A stretch of DNA of 64,000 bases, from the NCBI GenBank assembly GCA_036703095.1, contig DATNPS010000014.1, positions 3,822 through 67,821 on the forward strand, in the 5' to 3' direction. This stretch comes from Crinalium sp. (lineage in GTDB: Bacteria > Cyanobacteriota > Cyanobacteriia > Elainellales > Elainellaceae). Each line of letters begins with the position of its first letter. Position 1 is the stretch's first letter. Both the position numbers and the translations under genes were made by a program. Of the stretch, positions 1 to 9,862 are shown one piece after another. The notes under the pieces were generated by a model. The model saw only the letters and a list, made by a program, of their open reading frames with translations. It made no database searches and was not told the origin of the DNA.

Positions 1-1003
1 AGGTGAATATCTGATTCACGCTGGTTTCATAGTCCCCAAACGTAACGATGCGATCGAACTGAAGTTCCTGGGCCGTCTTGGCGAACAGTTCAACGCGAGT
101 AGGGCGATCGTGACGATTGTTGAGAATAACGACTTTATGATGATCTGGATGTTGTTCAAATAGTTTTTGACTAATTTCAACGAAACTCTCGCGATCGTTC
201 ACCGCGAATAAATTTGCCCAGGTAATATCGCACTGATCAAATAGAATAGATTGAATGTTGAACATTCCCGGATCAGAGGCCGCAGCCTGCATTGCAGAGA
301 GTGCTTGCTTGAGTGGAACATTGAGAATTTCGGCAATGCGATACCCGATCGCAACATTTTCCTTAATCGCAAAATGCGCAAATCCCTCTAAGTCTTCTGA
401 AGCAACCAGGTTGTCATGGGCTAGAACGAGACGGGTATTTTTTGCTTTGGCATTTTTTTCAAGAATAGAAATCAGTTCGGGCTTAGTCTCTGAAGTAATT
501 AGAATACCGTTGCTGGGAATGGTTCTAGATAACGACTCCGCAATTTCCTCTAGCGTCTCTCCCATGTAATCGGTATGGTCGAGCCGAACATTCGTAATAA
601 TTCCAATATTGGAATGCATGACTTTCTCTTCCAACCATTCGGCATAAGTTGGATTGATTGCCATGCACTCCATTACAACAGCTTCTGCTTTCTGCTGGCT
701 GAATCGTTTCAGGATACGAACTTGCTCATTAATATTGGCATATCCAGGTCGCCCAAAATCAAAGTCTTGTCCATTGGGTTGAATGATTCTGGCCGCCGTT
801 CCAGTGGTTTTACCGAATGTTTGATATCCAGCAGCCCTAAAAATAGCGGATACATAGCGAGTTACAGAGGATTTTCCGCGAATGCCATTGACATGAACTC
901 GCCACGGAATATTTTGCTGATTAGTTTTGAACGTTTGAGACGAAATCAGGATAAAACTGAGATAAGAAGAGAGACTCGTTAATAACAGGAGAAACAGCGT
1001 CAT
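1..1003 (-). CDS. pgsB: Poly-gamma-glutamate synthase PgsB/CapB-like Mur-ligase-family protein; C-terminal end cut by the window edge (334 codons visible)
   Basis: My reverse-strand translation from ATG (1003..1001) stays open to position 1. It reads MTLFLLLLTSLSSYLSFILISS (TM helix) ... VHVNGIRGKSSVTRYV ... GKTTGTAARII ... ECMAINP ... ITNVRLDHTDYMGETLEEIAES. The GIRGKS-VTR P-loop, GKTTGT, ECMA-NP and DH-D-MG-TL-EIA blocks match what I recall of Bacillus PgsB/CapB. It is absent from the ORF track because it has no stop inside the window. Plus-strand ORFs 255..569 and 575..982 are its antisense shadows. Confidence 0.75.
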   Translation of the reverse strand, partial: MTLFLLLLTSLSSYLSFILISSQTFKTNQQNIPWRVHVNGIRGKSSVTRYVSAIFRAAGYQTFGKTTGTAARIIQPNGQDFDFGRPGYANINEQVRILKRFSQQKAEAVVMECMAINPTYAEWLEEKVMHSNIGIITNVRLDHTDYMGETLEEIAESLSRTIPSNGILITSETKPELISILEKNAKAKNTRLVLAHDNLVASEDLEGFAHFAIKENVAIGYRIAEILNVPLKQALSAMQAAASDPGMFNIQSILFDQCDITWANLFAVNDRESFVEISQKLFEQHPDHHKVVILNNRHDRPTRVELFAKTAQELQFDRIVTFGDYETSVNQIFT

Positions 1004-1299
1004 CTTTCAATTTTCAAGTCATGAAAAACTGAACAGGTAAGAAAGCGCCTCAATGTGACGCTTCCTGCTCTAGTAAAGTCGTCTATCCTACTTAGAGACG
1101 TGGGTAGAACTACTGAAGCTTGGTAACTGATATTTCTCTTTAAGCGATTTAATCGGTAAAAACCAGGATTGATGATATTCAATTGAATGCTGTATCGCAA
1201 CACTTTGTGAATAACAAAGTAAGTAAGTCGAAACGTTTTGACCTGCCTGTTGATGTCTGTTCCTGCGCTGCTTACGTGTTTAAAAATATCCGAACAATC

Positions 1300-1760
1300 G
1301 CTGGGTGCAACTGGCGGAGTTAATCCCGTGGGCAGAGTTTGAAGCCCACTATGCCGAACAGCTGAGCGAGGGCATGGGCGCACCTGCAAAATCTTTTCGC
1401 ATGGCATTTGGGACGAGGTTTAGCAAAAGTCTCAGCCCGAAAGCATGAGGAAAACGATGATGACGAATCACCTACCTCTCCAAATCAGGGGCAACTGATT
1501 GTTGATGCGAGTTGCACGCCTGCTGATATTCACTATCCCATCGATTAGGTCTGCTCAACGAAGCACGAGAACACACCGAACGAATCATTGATGCGCTTTA
1601 CGTGCAAGTGCGAGAATAAGGTGTGCAAAAGCCACACACCTACCGTTGAAAAGCACGGCAACAGTATTTGCACATTGCCAAGCCGCGTCAGGTGAAACGG
1701 AAAACGCCACGCAAGGCAGTGGGGCAATAGTTGCGACATCTCAAACGTAACCTCACTCAC
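1300..1760 (+). pseudogene. Remnant of an IS5/IS1182-type (InsH N-terminal + DDE) transposase: internally deleted, frameshifted, with in-frame stops and no catalytic domain
   Basis: Piecewise plus-strand translation gives LAELIPWAEFEAHYAEQLSEGMGAPAKSFRMAFG, then QLIVDASCTPADIHYPID. A 1-nt loss follows at gat-tag-gtc (expected gat-tta-ggt), then LGLLNEAREHTERIIDALYVQVRE, a stop, and KPHTYR(TGA)KARQQYLHIAKPRQVKRKTPRKAVGQ(TAG)LRHLKRNL. These are typical conserved blocks of this transposase type. The DDE core is missing. Confidence 0.7.
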
Positions 1761-1996
1761 ATTCTTATCTGAAATAAGTAATTCACAACAAAATCAGTGC
1801 AACCAGCTCAATCACGATATGCTGTGTCATGAGTTCTAGTAATATTTGTTTGCGTTAATTCCCCACCGACCTCTGGACTAGGAGCATTTGCCCCGATCGC
1901 TGCTTCCACGCTAGCCCATGCAAGACACAGAGCGGAATAACCAGCAAAATCAACGGGTGACAAGTAAGTAGGTAGGCACAATGAAACATTAGATAG

Positions 1997-2037
1997 AAAA
2001 ACAGGGGAGTGCCCCTCCGGGGCACTCCCCTGTTTTT
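1997..2037. repeat. GC-rich hairpin AAAAA-CAGGGGAGTGCCCC-TCCG-GGGCACTCCCCTG-TTTTT (bidirectional terminator-like); same family as 10654..10696
   Basis: Perfect 14-bp stem flanked by an A-run and a T-run. The core GGGGAGTGCYCCTYCGGGGCACTCCCC recurs at 10654..10696. Confidence 0.6.
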
Positions 2038-2076
2038 CTGGGTTTGGTTTAATTAGGCTTGCCTACTTATCTTGAC

Positions 2077-2276
2077 GTTAGACAGGTGTTCAGGGGTAGA
2101 ACGATGGTAAATATTGAGTTATTGGTGAACAGGGTGCGTGTGCTTCACTCCCAGTCAAGGGTTTCACCCCTGAACCCCATTCAGTTTCTAAATGACGTTG
2201 CTGTACCTAAAGTAGGAATGCTGCAAAATGTTCATTTTTTTAAGGATAGTAAACTAGCTTTGCTTTTTGTTCTAAC
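2077..2276. mobile_element. Long (200 bp) copy of the GTTAGRAC...GTYCTAAC small dispersed element (family 2)
   Basis: The 5' end GTTAGACAGGTGTTCAGGGGTAGAAC aligns with GTTAGGACGGAGTGCAGGGGTAGAAC of the copy at 20970. The 3' end GTTCTAAC (2269..2276) is the inverted terminus. Confidence 0.5.
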
Positions 2277-2321
2277 GACCTTCATCCTTGAGATAGATAT
2301 AAATAAAGTACCTCAATTAAA

Positions 2322-2380
2322 TATGAACTCAAACACCTGCGCCTCTCGCTGCGCGGGAGGCGCAGGTGTTTGAGTTCATA
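2322..2380. repeat. Perfect 24-bp-arm palindrome (TATGAACTCAAACACCTGCGCCTC / loop 11 nt / reverse complement)
   Basis: Arms 2322..2345 and 2357..2380 are exact reverse complements. Confidence 0.7.
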
Positions 2381-2576
2381 CTTCACTAAGACCACTCACT
2401 TATAGTGTTTATCATTCAACCAATTTATGGATAGCCAAAATTAGGGCCAACATTCCTCGTGCAAGGCTTCACTGCTAATTTTCCTGCTTACCCAGGCGGG
2501 AAACGTTATAAGAAAAATTCTAGAAGAGGGAATTGAAGGCTGTCTGAAAACGCCTTAACTAAGGGAGACAAAGGTC

Positions 2577-5500
2577 ATGGAATTGAATAACCAACTATGG
2601 CAGGGAACCCAGAAGAATACGCACATCAGAGCTGTTTTAGGGATGATTTTGCTCATCATAGCTGGGTGGTTGGGGAATTATTTCAGCTGGTCGTTCTTTT
2701 TCCATCTCGACTTTCTGTTTGGGACGATCGCCGTCTGGCTAGTACTGGGTCTATACGGGCAACGTTGGTGTATTCCAGCCGTTATTCTGGCTAGCAGTTA
2801 CACCTACTTCCTCTGGAAGCATCCCTATGCCATCATCATCTTCACTTGTGAAGCCTTATTTGTCAGTTGGTTATTTCGTCGCTCCCGCCAAAACCTTGTT
2901 CTGCTAGATGGCATCTACTGGATATGCATTGGGATGCCTCTGGTCTGGGTGTTCTATCATCACGTCCTGGATCACGATGCGACCCAGACCACCATCATCA
3001 TGCTGAAGCAGGCGGTCAATGGCATCTTTAACGCCCTGGTTGCCAGCCTGATTCTGATCTATCTTCCCATCCATCGCTGGTTTAACCGTCCTCAGGGCAT
3101 CAGTTCCCTTTCTCTGCAACAAACCTTATTCAACCTGCTCATTGCCTTTGTCTTCTTCCCCACCTTGATGCTGATGGCATTGGACAGCCATCGTGTGGTT
3201 CATAACATTGAAGTAACTGCCCAGGAAGAACTCAGGGCAACATCGATAGAATTAGGGGCACAAATCGATGCATGGCACGAGCAACTGTTGCACGCCACAG
3301 GAGAGTTAGCCCAAGTTGCGGCTCAGTCCAACCTGACTCAGACCATTCAATTGCAGCAAAGTACAGAACTCACCCAACGAGAATTTCTAGATTTTCATAC
3401 CCTCTATGTGGTTACTCCTACGGGCGAAGTCAGGGCGGTTTCTTCTGAATCAAATGTGTCAGCAGACGCCACTACAGCATTTAGTCTGGCGAGTGTTCCC
3501 TATTTTGAAATGATTCGTAACACTCGTCAACCGACCTTATCAGGTCTGTTGACCCCATCGAGTGGCATATCCACGGCTGGGGTGATTCTGAGTGTTCCTG
3601 TGATGCAACAAAATCGTCTATTGGGGTTTGTTATCAGTGAGATTGATTTAAATCGCATTGAGCGTCTCTTCAAAACGTATACCCATAAGGGGCTGCAAAT
3701 TACGCTGCTCGATCGCAGTAACACCATCATCACCAGCACTCAGAGCGATCGCATCGTTACCCAAACCTTTGACCCACAGCAGGGGGGCGAAATTCAGGCG
3801 ATCGCCCCCGATAGCTATCAGTGGTTTCCCACAACGGGCAGCTCTATGCTGATGGTGCAGTGGACTAATTCCCTCTTTGTGCGGCAAACTGCGCTGAAGA
3901 ATCAGATTCCCTGGAAATTGCTGATCGAGGTTCCTGCCGCCCCCTTCGTTTCGCAGGTGTTCCAAGTTCACGTCAGAAGTCTGACCATTCTGATGTTGAT
4001 TTCGGGATTAGCTCTAGCATTGGCAACCCTACTGACTCGCCGATTGGTCAGTCCCCTCTCCCAGCTCGCACGGGTTACCACAGACCTGCCCAATCAATTA
4101 GTCGAGCAAAAATCGATTGACTGGCCCAGCAGCTCCGTCATGGAAATTGGCTCCCTCGTCCGCAACTTTAAGGTCATGTCCTCGACCCTGACGCAAAAAT
4201 TTCAGGAGTTGCAAAAGGCTAAAGAAACGGCTGATGCGGCAAATCGGGCGAAAAGTCAGTTTCTCGCCAATATGAGCCACGAGCTGCGGACGCCCTTGAA
4301 CGCCATTCTCGGCTTTACTCAACTCTTGACGCGTAACGCCCCTCCCGGATCAGAAACCCCAGAACTCGCGATTATTCAGCGCAGCGGCGAGCATTTGTTA
4401 GAGTTGGTCAGCGATGTATTGGAAATGTCTAAGATTGAGGCAGGTCGAGTCGTCCTCAATGAAACTAGCTTTGATCTCTATCTTTTGCTCGACACTCTAG
4501 AAGAGATGCTGCAATTCCGGGCTGAATCCAAAGGACTGCAACTGGTGTTTAGCTGCTCACCCAATGTTCCCCGATATGTCCGAACGGATGAGCGGAAACT
4601 CCGTCAAGTTTTACTCAACTTGCTGGGAAATGCGATTAAGTTTACGGAAGCGGGACATGTCATGTTACGGGTGTCATCGGTCATTGATCATTCGTCACTC
4701 GTCACTAGTGAACAGCAAATCATTGACGACCGACAAATAACCAATGACAACCAACAAATGACGATCTGCTTTGAGGTTGAAGACACCGGGCCGGGGATTG
4801 CGGCCCATGAGATGAATCAGTTGTTTGAGGCGTTTTCCCAGACAGAAATCGGACAGAAATCTCAGCAGGGAACAGGGCTAGGGCTCACAATTAGTCGGCA
4901 GTTTGTGCGCTTAATGGGGGGAGATATTACAGCTGACAGTGAGTTAGGCCAGGGTGCCGTCTTTGCCTTTGCGATTAAAGTCGGGTTGGGAAATCCTGCG
5001 GAAATTCAGGTGCAACAGCCCTCTCGACGGGTCATTGGGCTTGCCCCCGATCAACCGAAATATCGCATTCTGGTGGTCGATGATCGCTGGGTGAATCGCC
5101 AATTATTGCTGAAACTGTTGGAACCGATCGGGTTTGAAGTTCGCGATGCTGAAAATGGGCAGCAGGCGATCGCCCTCTGGGAGGAATGGCAACCTCATTT
5201 AATCTGGATGGATATGCGGATGCCTGTGATGGATGGCTATGAAGCGACCCGGTACATTAAAGCCCATTTGCAAGGTCAGGCAACGGTGATTATTGCCATC
5301 ACAGCCAGTGTATTTGATGAAGAGCGGGCAATAGTTTTGGCTGCTGGCTGCGATGATTTTGTCAGGAAGCCCGTCTGGGAAGAAATCGTATTTGAGAAGA
5401 TGACTCAATATTTAGGAGTTCGTTATCTTTATGAAGAGAATGATCAGAAAGACACTCAACATGAAGGAATGAGCGCATTAAACAATGGAATGAATGAGGT

Positions 5501-5732
5501 TAAACTGCGTCCGTCGTTACTCCTATCCTCGGCTTCGCTTCAGGTCATGCCTTCTAGTTGGGTTGCTCAACTGCACCAGGCAGCGATGCAACTCGACGAT
5601 AAGCAAATTCTCTCGCTGGTCGCGACGATTCCCCCAGAACATGCTGCCCTTGCCAGCGCCCTGACGGATCTGGTCAACCGAGTGCGTTTTGATACGATCG
5701 TCAATCTTTCTCAACCCGTTGTTCAGACATGA
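2577..5732 (+). CDS. Hybrid sensor histidine kinase (multi-pass membrane N-terminus, extracytoplasmic sensor region, HAMP-like linker, HisKA, HATPase_c, C-terminal receiver)
   Basis: 1051-aa ORF. The H-box is [17 protein letters not shown] boxes are [18 protein letters not shown] and [10 protein letters not shown]. The receiver is [12 protein letters not shown]...[15 protein letters not shown]...KP. About 6 hydrophobic helices occupy the first 200 aa. An AAGGGAGA SD-like motif lies upstream of ATG 2577. Confidence 0.9.
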   Translation: MELNNQLWQGTQKNTHIRAVLGMILLIIAGWLGNYFSWSFFFHLDFLFGTIAVWLVLGLYGQRWCIPAVILASSYTYFLWKHPYAIIIFTCEALFVSWLFRRSRQNLVLLDGIYWICIGMPLVWVFYHHVLDHDATQTTIIMLKQAVNGIFNALVASLILIYLPIHRWFNRPQGISSLSLQQTLFNLLIAFVFFPTLMLMALDSHRVVHNIEVTAQEELRATSIELGAQIDAWHEQLLHATGELAQVAAQSNLTQTIQLQQSTELTQREFLDFHTLYVVTPTGEVRAVSSESNVSADATTAFSLASVPYFEMIRNTRQPTLSGLLTPSSGISTAGVILSVPVMQQNRLLGFVISEIDLNRIERLFKTYTHKGLQITLLDRSNTIITSTQSDRIVTQTFDPQQGGEIQAIAPDSYQWFPTTGSSMLMVQWTNSLFVRQTALKNQIPWKLLIEVPAAPFVSQVFQVHVRSLTILMLISGLALALATLLTRRLVSPLSQLARVTTDLPNQLVEQKSIDWPSSSVMEIGSLVRNFKVMSSTLTQKFQELQKAKETADAANRAKSQFLANMSHELRTPLNAILGFTQLLTRNAPPGSETPELAIIQRSGEHLLELVSDVLEMSKIEAGRVVLNETSFDLYLLLDTLEEMLQFRAESKGLQLVFSCSPNVPRYVRTDERKLRQVLLNLLGNAIKFTEAGHVMLRVSSVIDHSSLVTSEQQIIDDRQITNDNQQMTICFEVEDTGPGIAAHEMNQLFEAFSQTEIGQKSQQGTGLGLTISRQFVRLMGGDITADSELGQGAVFAFAIKVGLGNPAEIQVQQPSRRVIGLAPDQPKYRILVVDDRWVNRQLLLKLLEPIGFEVRDAENGQQAIALWEEWQPHLIWMDMRMPVMDGYEATRYIKAHLQGQATVIIAITASVFDEERAIVLAAGCDDFVRKPVWEEIVFEKMTQYLGVRYLYEENDQKDTQHEGMSALNNGMNEVKLRPSLLLSSASLQVMPSSWVAQLHQAAMQLDDKQILSLVATIPPEHAALASALTDLVNRVRFDTIVNLSQPVVQT

Positions 5733-8125
5733 ATAGTGAACAGCCCAGGGCAACTAAAGGCAATATTTTGATTGTCGATGATGCATTGGACAATCTCAAT
5801 CTGTTGCACGCAACGCTGACCCAACAGGGGTACGAGGTGCGTAAAGCGCTCAACGGCTCAATGGCCCTGATGGGGGTACAGGCGGCTCCCCCCGACTTGA
5901 TTCTGCTGGACATTCGGATGCCTGATATGGATGGCTATGAAGTCTGTCAACGGCTGAAGGCATCCGAGGTAACCTATGATATTCCGATTATTTTTCTTAG
6001 CGCTTTGGATGAATCGCTGGACAAAGTGCGGGCGTTTTCATTAGGAGCAGCAGATTACATCACCAAACCGTTTCAAACTGAAGAAGTCCTCGCTCGGATT
6101 GAGAATCAATTAGCGCTTCAGGCTGCCAAAGCAGAAATTCGCAGGTTCAATGCTGAACTGGAACAACGGGTGCAGCAACGCACCGAGGAATTGCAGCGGG
6201 AAGTGCGAGAGCGCCAGCGGGCTGAGGACGCGCTCCGTCAACAGGCAGAACAACGGCAACTGGTTATGGCGATCGCCCAACGCATTCGTCAGTCCTTAGA
6301 CCTGGACACCATTCTCAATACCACCGTGGCCGAAATCCGCCAGCTTTTGCAAGTCGATCGCGTTCTCATCTATCGATTTGAGCCAGATTGGAGCGGCATG
6401 GTCGTGGTTGAGTCTGTGGTCAGCCGTGAACACTCCATTATCGGCAAAACCTTCATCGATCACTGCTTCCAAGAAGGCTTTGTGGAGCAATACCGACAGG
6501 GGCGGATTCAGAACCTGGAGGATATTTATACCGGAGGGTTGGCTGAGTGTCACGTTGATCTCTTAGCCAGTTTGGGGGTGAGGGCAAACTTAGTCGTGCC
6601 CATTGTGCAGGAGGAAACCCTGTGGGGGCTTCTCCTCGCCAACCAGTGTGTTCAGCCGAGACGATGGACACCTCTGGAAGTAGACCTGATGCAGCAGCTC
6701 TCAACTCAGGTGGCGATCGCCATTCAGCAGTCCGAACTCTATCATCAGGTACGACAATTCAACGTTGAATTAGAGCGCCAGGTTCAAGAGCGAACCCAAC
6801 AATTGCAGCGATCGCTCGACTTTGAAGCCGCTCTCAAACGCATTACAGATAAAGTTCGAGATAGCTTAGATGAAAGCCAGATTTTGCAAGCGGCAGTGCA
6901 AGAACTGGTGCATGTCCTTCAAATTGAATGCTGTAATGCAGGAATTTACAACGCTGAACTGACGACATCGACCATTACATTTGAATACACCACGTCTTTG
7001 CCCTACTATCAGGGTTTGGTGGTGCAGATGGTTGATTATCCAGAAATTTATCGCCAACTCCTGCAACATCAAAGCTTACAACTGTGTAATGCCCACCCTC
7101 GATTGATTCGTGAAACGTATTACCAATTCGCTATCCTGGCCTATCCAGTCGCAGATGATCAGGGCGTAATTGGAGATTTGTGGCTATTTAAGCCCCAAGA
7201 ATCCCTGTTTGAAGATCTGGAAGTGCGGCTCGTGCAGCAAGTTGCAAACCAGTGTGCCATTGCCCTGCGCCAAGCACGGCTATATGCGACGGCCCAAACC
7301 CAGGTGGAAACCCTGGAAAGCCTGCACCAGCTTAAGGATGATTTTCTCAGCACGGTTTCCCATGAATTGCGATCGCCTGTGACGAACATGAAGATGGCCA
7401 TTCAAATGCTGGACGTTGCCCTTAACCAGATCGAAACGAGTTTTGCAGCCATAGAAACAGACTCGCCATCCAACAAAACGGTTCAAAGAGCTATCCACTA
7501 TTTACAAATTCTCGACAGCGAATGCGAACGAGAAATTAATCTAGTCAATGATCTGCTGGACTTACAACGATTGGAAGCGGGTGTTCAAGACACCATCATG
7601 GATTGGATTGACTTGAATCTCTGGCTCCCTACCTTAATCAACGCCTTTGAGGAACGCGCGCAGGCTCGACAGCAACAGTTACAGATCGAAATACCACCCC
7701 AACTCCCTCAAATCTGCTCCGACTCTGATGCTTTGAGCCGCATCCTCACAGAACTGCTGCACAATGCTTGCAAATACACCCCACCCGGAGAAACGATTAC
7801 CGTAACGGCTCAAGTCGATCCATCTTCTCGCTCCTCGTTGCAATCTTCATCCTTAAATCAAGCCAAAGGAGCGGGCGCAGCGATGCGTCTCTCAACCTTC
7901 TTACTGAGCATCACTAACTCCGGGGTCGAAATTCCTGCCGATGAACTTCCTCGTATTTTCGAAAAGTTTTACCGGGTTGTCAGTGCCGACCGATGGCAGC
8001 AAGGGGGAACGGGGTTGGGGCTAGCTCTGGTGAAAAAGCTGGTAGAGCACTTGGGAGGAACGATTGAAGTCAGAAGCATTCAGAGTCGAACAACTTTTAG
8101 GATAGAGTTGCCTGCTACTTGTTGA
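5729..8125 (+). CDS. Receiver-coiled coil-GAF-GAF-histidine kinase (response regulator/sensor kinase fusion)
   Basis: 798-aa ORF. The N-terminal REC is [10 protein letters not shown]...[14 protein letters not shown]...ITKPF. Two GAF-like segments are [26 protein letters not shown] and [14 protein letters not shown]. The H-box is [12 protein letters not shown] and the G-box is [15 protein letters not shown]. The start overlaps the upstream stop (ATGA at 5729..5732). Confidence 0.9.
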   Translation: MNSEQPRATKGNILIVDDALDNLNLLHATLTQQGYEVRKALNGSMALMGVQAAPPDLILLDIRMPDMDGYEVCQRLKASEVTYDIPIIFLSALDESLDKVRAFSLGAADYITKPFQTEEVLARIENQLALQAAKAEIRRFNAELEQRVQQRTEELQREVRERQRAEDALRQQAEQRQLVMAIAQRIRQSLDLDTILNTTVAEIRQLLQVDRVLIYRFEPDWSGMVVVESVVSREHSIIGKTFIDHCFQEGFVEQYRQGRIQNLEDIYTGGLAECHVDLLASLGVRANLVVPIVQEETLWGLLLANQCVQPRRWTPLEVDLMQQLSTQVAIAIQQSELYHQVRQFNVELERQVQERTQQLQRSLDFEAALKRITDKVRDSLDESQILQAAVQELVHVLQIECCNAGIYNAELTTSTITFEYTTSLPYYQGLVVQMVDYPEIYRQLLQHQSLQLCNAHPRLIRETYYQFAILAYPVADDQGVIGDLWLFKPQESLFEDLEVRLVQQVANQCAIALRQARLYATAQTQVETLESLHQLKDDFLSTVSHELRSPVTNMKMAIQMLDVALNQIETSFAAIETDSPSNKTVQRAIHYLQILDSECEREINLVNDLLDLQRLEAGVQDTIMDWIDLNLWLPTLINAFEERAQARQQQLQIEIPPQLPQICSDSDALSRILTELLHNACKYTPPGETITVTAQVDPSSRSSLQSSSLNQAKGAGAAMRLSTFLLSITNSGVEIPADELPRIFEKFYRVVSADRWQQGGTGLGLALVKKLVEHLGGTIEVRSIQSRTTFRIELPATC

Positions 8126-8162
8126 TAGTTTAAGGGCTGCTATAGCTTTCACAAATACATTG

Positions 8163-8193
8163 TGAACAGGGTTCTACCCATGCACCCTGTTCA
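8163..8193 (+). terminator. Stem-loop downstream of the kinase gene (TGAACAGGGT / 11-nt loop / ACCCTGTTCA, followed by AAATTT)
   Basis: A 10-bp perfect stem lies 38 nt after the stop at 8125. Its sequence is related to the reverse complement of the family-2 core (CAGGGGTTCTACCCCTGCACCC). Confidence 0.5.
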
Positions 8194-8229
8194 AATTTCA
8201 GTTGAGATCGCTATAGAAAAAGTTGCTTG

Positions 8230-8373
8230 ATGAGATTGGCAAACATTCCCATATTTTACTTGCCAACCTTTCACATCAACCGAATTTTGAGCAGGTTAGG
8301 GATGAGCGATCGCACACAAGCAGCGGTCGTGGTCTTGAAGCGGGGAATTGCCAAATTGCCAATTTTCAACTGA
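8230..8373 (+). pseudogene. Possible orphan fragment of a LuxR/NarL-type HTH output domain (47 codons)
   Basis: The translation is MRLANIPIFYLPTFHINRILSRLGMSDRTQAAVVVLKRGIAKLPIFN. The segment H-x3-IL-x-KLG-x-x-DRTQAA is the recognition-helix signature of LuxR-family HTH domains. No receiver or remaining HTH is present upstream. Confidence 0.3.
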
Positions 8374-8396
8374 ACTTAAGTTCAGTTGAAAATTGG
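8359..8396. repeat. Perfect 38-nt palindrome CCAATTTTCAACTGAACTT|AAGTTCAGTTGAAAATTGG
   Basis: Exact self-complementarity read directly from the sequence. It overlaps the end of the LuxR-like fragment. Confidence 0.7.
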
Positions 8397-8546
8397 TTTT
8401 AGATATAGGTAGTGGCAGTCCTTTCGTTCCTGCAAATACTCAACTCTGAGTGGGCGACAAAGCAGCATCAGTTTTATAAGCTAAGGTCACGCAAATGCCA
8501 AGGTGAGTTGAACCATTACAGTCAGGAGGAATCGCAGATATGAGTC

Positions 8547-9155
8547 GTGGTAATCACTTTGCGCGATGAGAATCCCTTTTCGCTTGAGTGCCCGATGAAT
8601 CAAGATCATTATCCTCAGCAGCTTGTTGTTCCCCCCTCTCAGCAGGATCACTACCAGGGAGAGCTGAATGCCCCAGTGGTGCTTGTGGAATATGGGAATT
8701 ACCAATGTTCCCAGTGTGGGGAAGTACATCGATTAATTCAGTCAATTCAGCAAGATTTCGCGTCCGTGTTTCCTGAGGGGAATGAGATATGTGTCGTGTT
8801 TCGTCATTTTATCGAGCATTTAATCCATCCTCAAGCACAAAAGGCAGCAGAAGCAGTGGAAGCCGCTGCCGCACAGGGACAGTTTTGGCAGATGCACAAC
8901 ACCTTATTTGAGCATCAACAGGAGTTAGGAAACGGCTATCTGGTGGAATATGCCAATCATCTAGGACTTGATATCTGCCAGTTTCTGCAAGATATCTCCC
9001 AACAAGTTCACATTGATCGCATTAACAGAGACATTGAAAGTGGAATCCAGAGTGACGTAAAGGCTGCTCCAGCCTTGTTCATTAATGGAATTCGCTACAC
9101 CGATCGCTGGAATCTTGAGTCCTTGATAGTAGCCCTGATCAATGCAAGTCAATAA
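8547..9155 (+). CDS. DsbA-family thiol:disulfide oxidoreductase (thioredoxin fold, CSQC active site)
   Basis: Motifs are DHYQGELNAPVVLVEYGNYQCSQCGEV (CxxC), QGQFWQMHNTLFEHQ and APALFINGIRY. The start is ambiguous: GTG 8547 in the track, or ATG 8595 (MNQDHYPQQ...). A 9-codon micro-ORF (8540..8569) with a strong AGGAGG sits just upstream. Confidence 0.8.
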   Translation: MVITLRDENPFSLECPMNQDHYPQQLVVPPSQQDHYQGELNAPVVLVEYGNYQCSQCGEVHRLIQSIQQDFASVFPEGNEICVVFRHFIEHLIHPQAQKAAEAVEAAAAQGQFWQMHNTLFEHQQELGNGYLVEYANHLGLDICQFLQDISQQVHIDRINRDIESGIQSDVKAAPALFINGIRYTDRWNLESLIVALINASQ

Positions 9156-9190
9156 GCTAATACCGTTTTTATATAAAGATGCGCTGAATT

Positions 9191-9251
9191 GAAAAGGGGA
9201 TGAAGGGGGCGTTGCCCCCTTCGTGGGGGTTCCACCCCCACCCCCCTTTTC
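9191..9251. repeat. Y-shaped G/C-run structure: outer stem GAAAAGGGG/CCCCTTTTC enclosing two hairpins (GAAGGGGGC-GTT-GCCCCCTTC and GTGGGGGT-TCC-ACCCCCAC)
   Basis: All three helices are perfect Watson-Crick pairings read from the sequence. It lies 36 nt after the DsbA-like stop. Confidence 0.55.
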
Positions 9252-9317
9252 ATAAAGTTTCAGCTTCATATTGAATTGGTACAACCAAGAAATTATCAGA
9301 ATATCGAGGTGAAACCT

Positions 9318-9740
9318 ATGAACCAGCCTGCACACTCTCAGCTTGTCCCTATTGCAACAAGAAATGAATATCACTGGCAGCACTATTCAAACCCCATTCA
9401 ATTTCATCCTCAATCTCATCTTTTGTCTGCAAAACGTAGCCGCAATCGAGGGATCATTTTATCGCGCCAGGGGTGGCAAAAGTTGATGCAAGCTGGAGTG
9501 CTGTATGACGAGTTTGGAAGTCGCTACACCTATGAGCAGTTGAGCGATCGATCGTTTTTAGATGAGCGCACTGTTAGCCGATTATTAAGTTGTGAAGTAA
9601 AAGTGGGCAAGCGCACGATCAAGACATTTTTTTACGCCTTCAATTTAATATTGGAGGCTAGTGATTACATTACATCTAAGAGTAATGGAATGAATGCTAT
9701 ATCGCCTGATGCACCCACTCGCATTGCTTTAACGCGATAG
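9318..9740 (+). CDS. Small protein consisting of the HTH-like N-terminal module found on cyanobacterial STAND NTPases (stand-alone paralogue of 62874.. N-terminus)
   Basis: KRSRNRGIILSRQGWQKLMQAGVLYDEFGSRYTYEQLSDRSFLDERTVSRLLSCEVKVGKRTIKTFFYAFNLILEASDY aligns residue for residue with KRKRRGVILSQEGLQRLQEAQ...YAYTLEQLSQQTGLSVRSISRLQSCKVAVDRQTLEEFFRAFNLTLIEQDY at the other end of the window. The track ORF starts at TTG 9276. ATG 9318 has a GAGGTG upstream. Confidence 0.6.
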   Translation: MNQPAHSQLVPIATRNEYHWQHYSNPIQFHPQSHLLSAKRSRNRGIILSRQGWQKLMQAGVLYDEFGSRYTYEQLSDRSFLDERTVSRLLSCEVKVGKRTIKTFFYAFNLILEASDYITSKSNGMNAISPDAPTRIALTR

Positions 9741-9862
9741 ACTGAACAACTTTTGATTTGTTGATGAGCTAAGCGTTGCGATCGCATGAGTTACAGGTTT
9801 GATTTCTTGCAGAACATTTGGTAGATACTCCGTTGGTACACAGCTAGACGTAGGACTGCAAA

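Noticed and set aside
255-982. Track ORFs 255..569 (+), 575..982 (+) and 199..381 (-).
   Set aside because: The plus-strand ORFs are antisense to, and 199..381 (-) is out of frame within, the well-supported pgsB-like frame on the minus strand. Their translations have no recognisable features.
1000-1760. Track ORFs 1000..1407 (-) and 1545..1760 (-).
   Set aside because: They are antisense to the plus-strand transposase remnant, whose conserved blocks are recognisable. The minus-strand translations are featureless.
2059-2373. Track ORF 2059..2373 (+), 104 aa.
   Set aside because: It starts at TTG, runs through a family-2 element and into the 2322..2380 palindrome, and has no protein-like features. 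It is most likely non-coding repeat DNA.
9191-9251. The cloverleaf-like fold raised the possibility of a tRNA or tRNA-like gene.
   Set aside because: It has only three helices, is 61 nt long, and lacks T-loop (GTTCRANYC), D-loop and anticodon-arm features. It is built of homopolymer runs.
8961-9383. Track ORF 8961..9383 (-), 140 aa.
   Set aside because: It overlaps the 3' end of the DsbA-like gene in antisense and reads through the G/C-run three-way structure (giving GGGGTPTKGATPPSS). It is an artefact.
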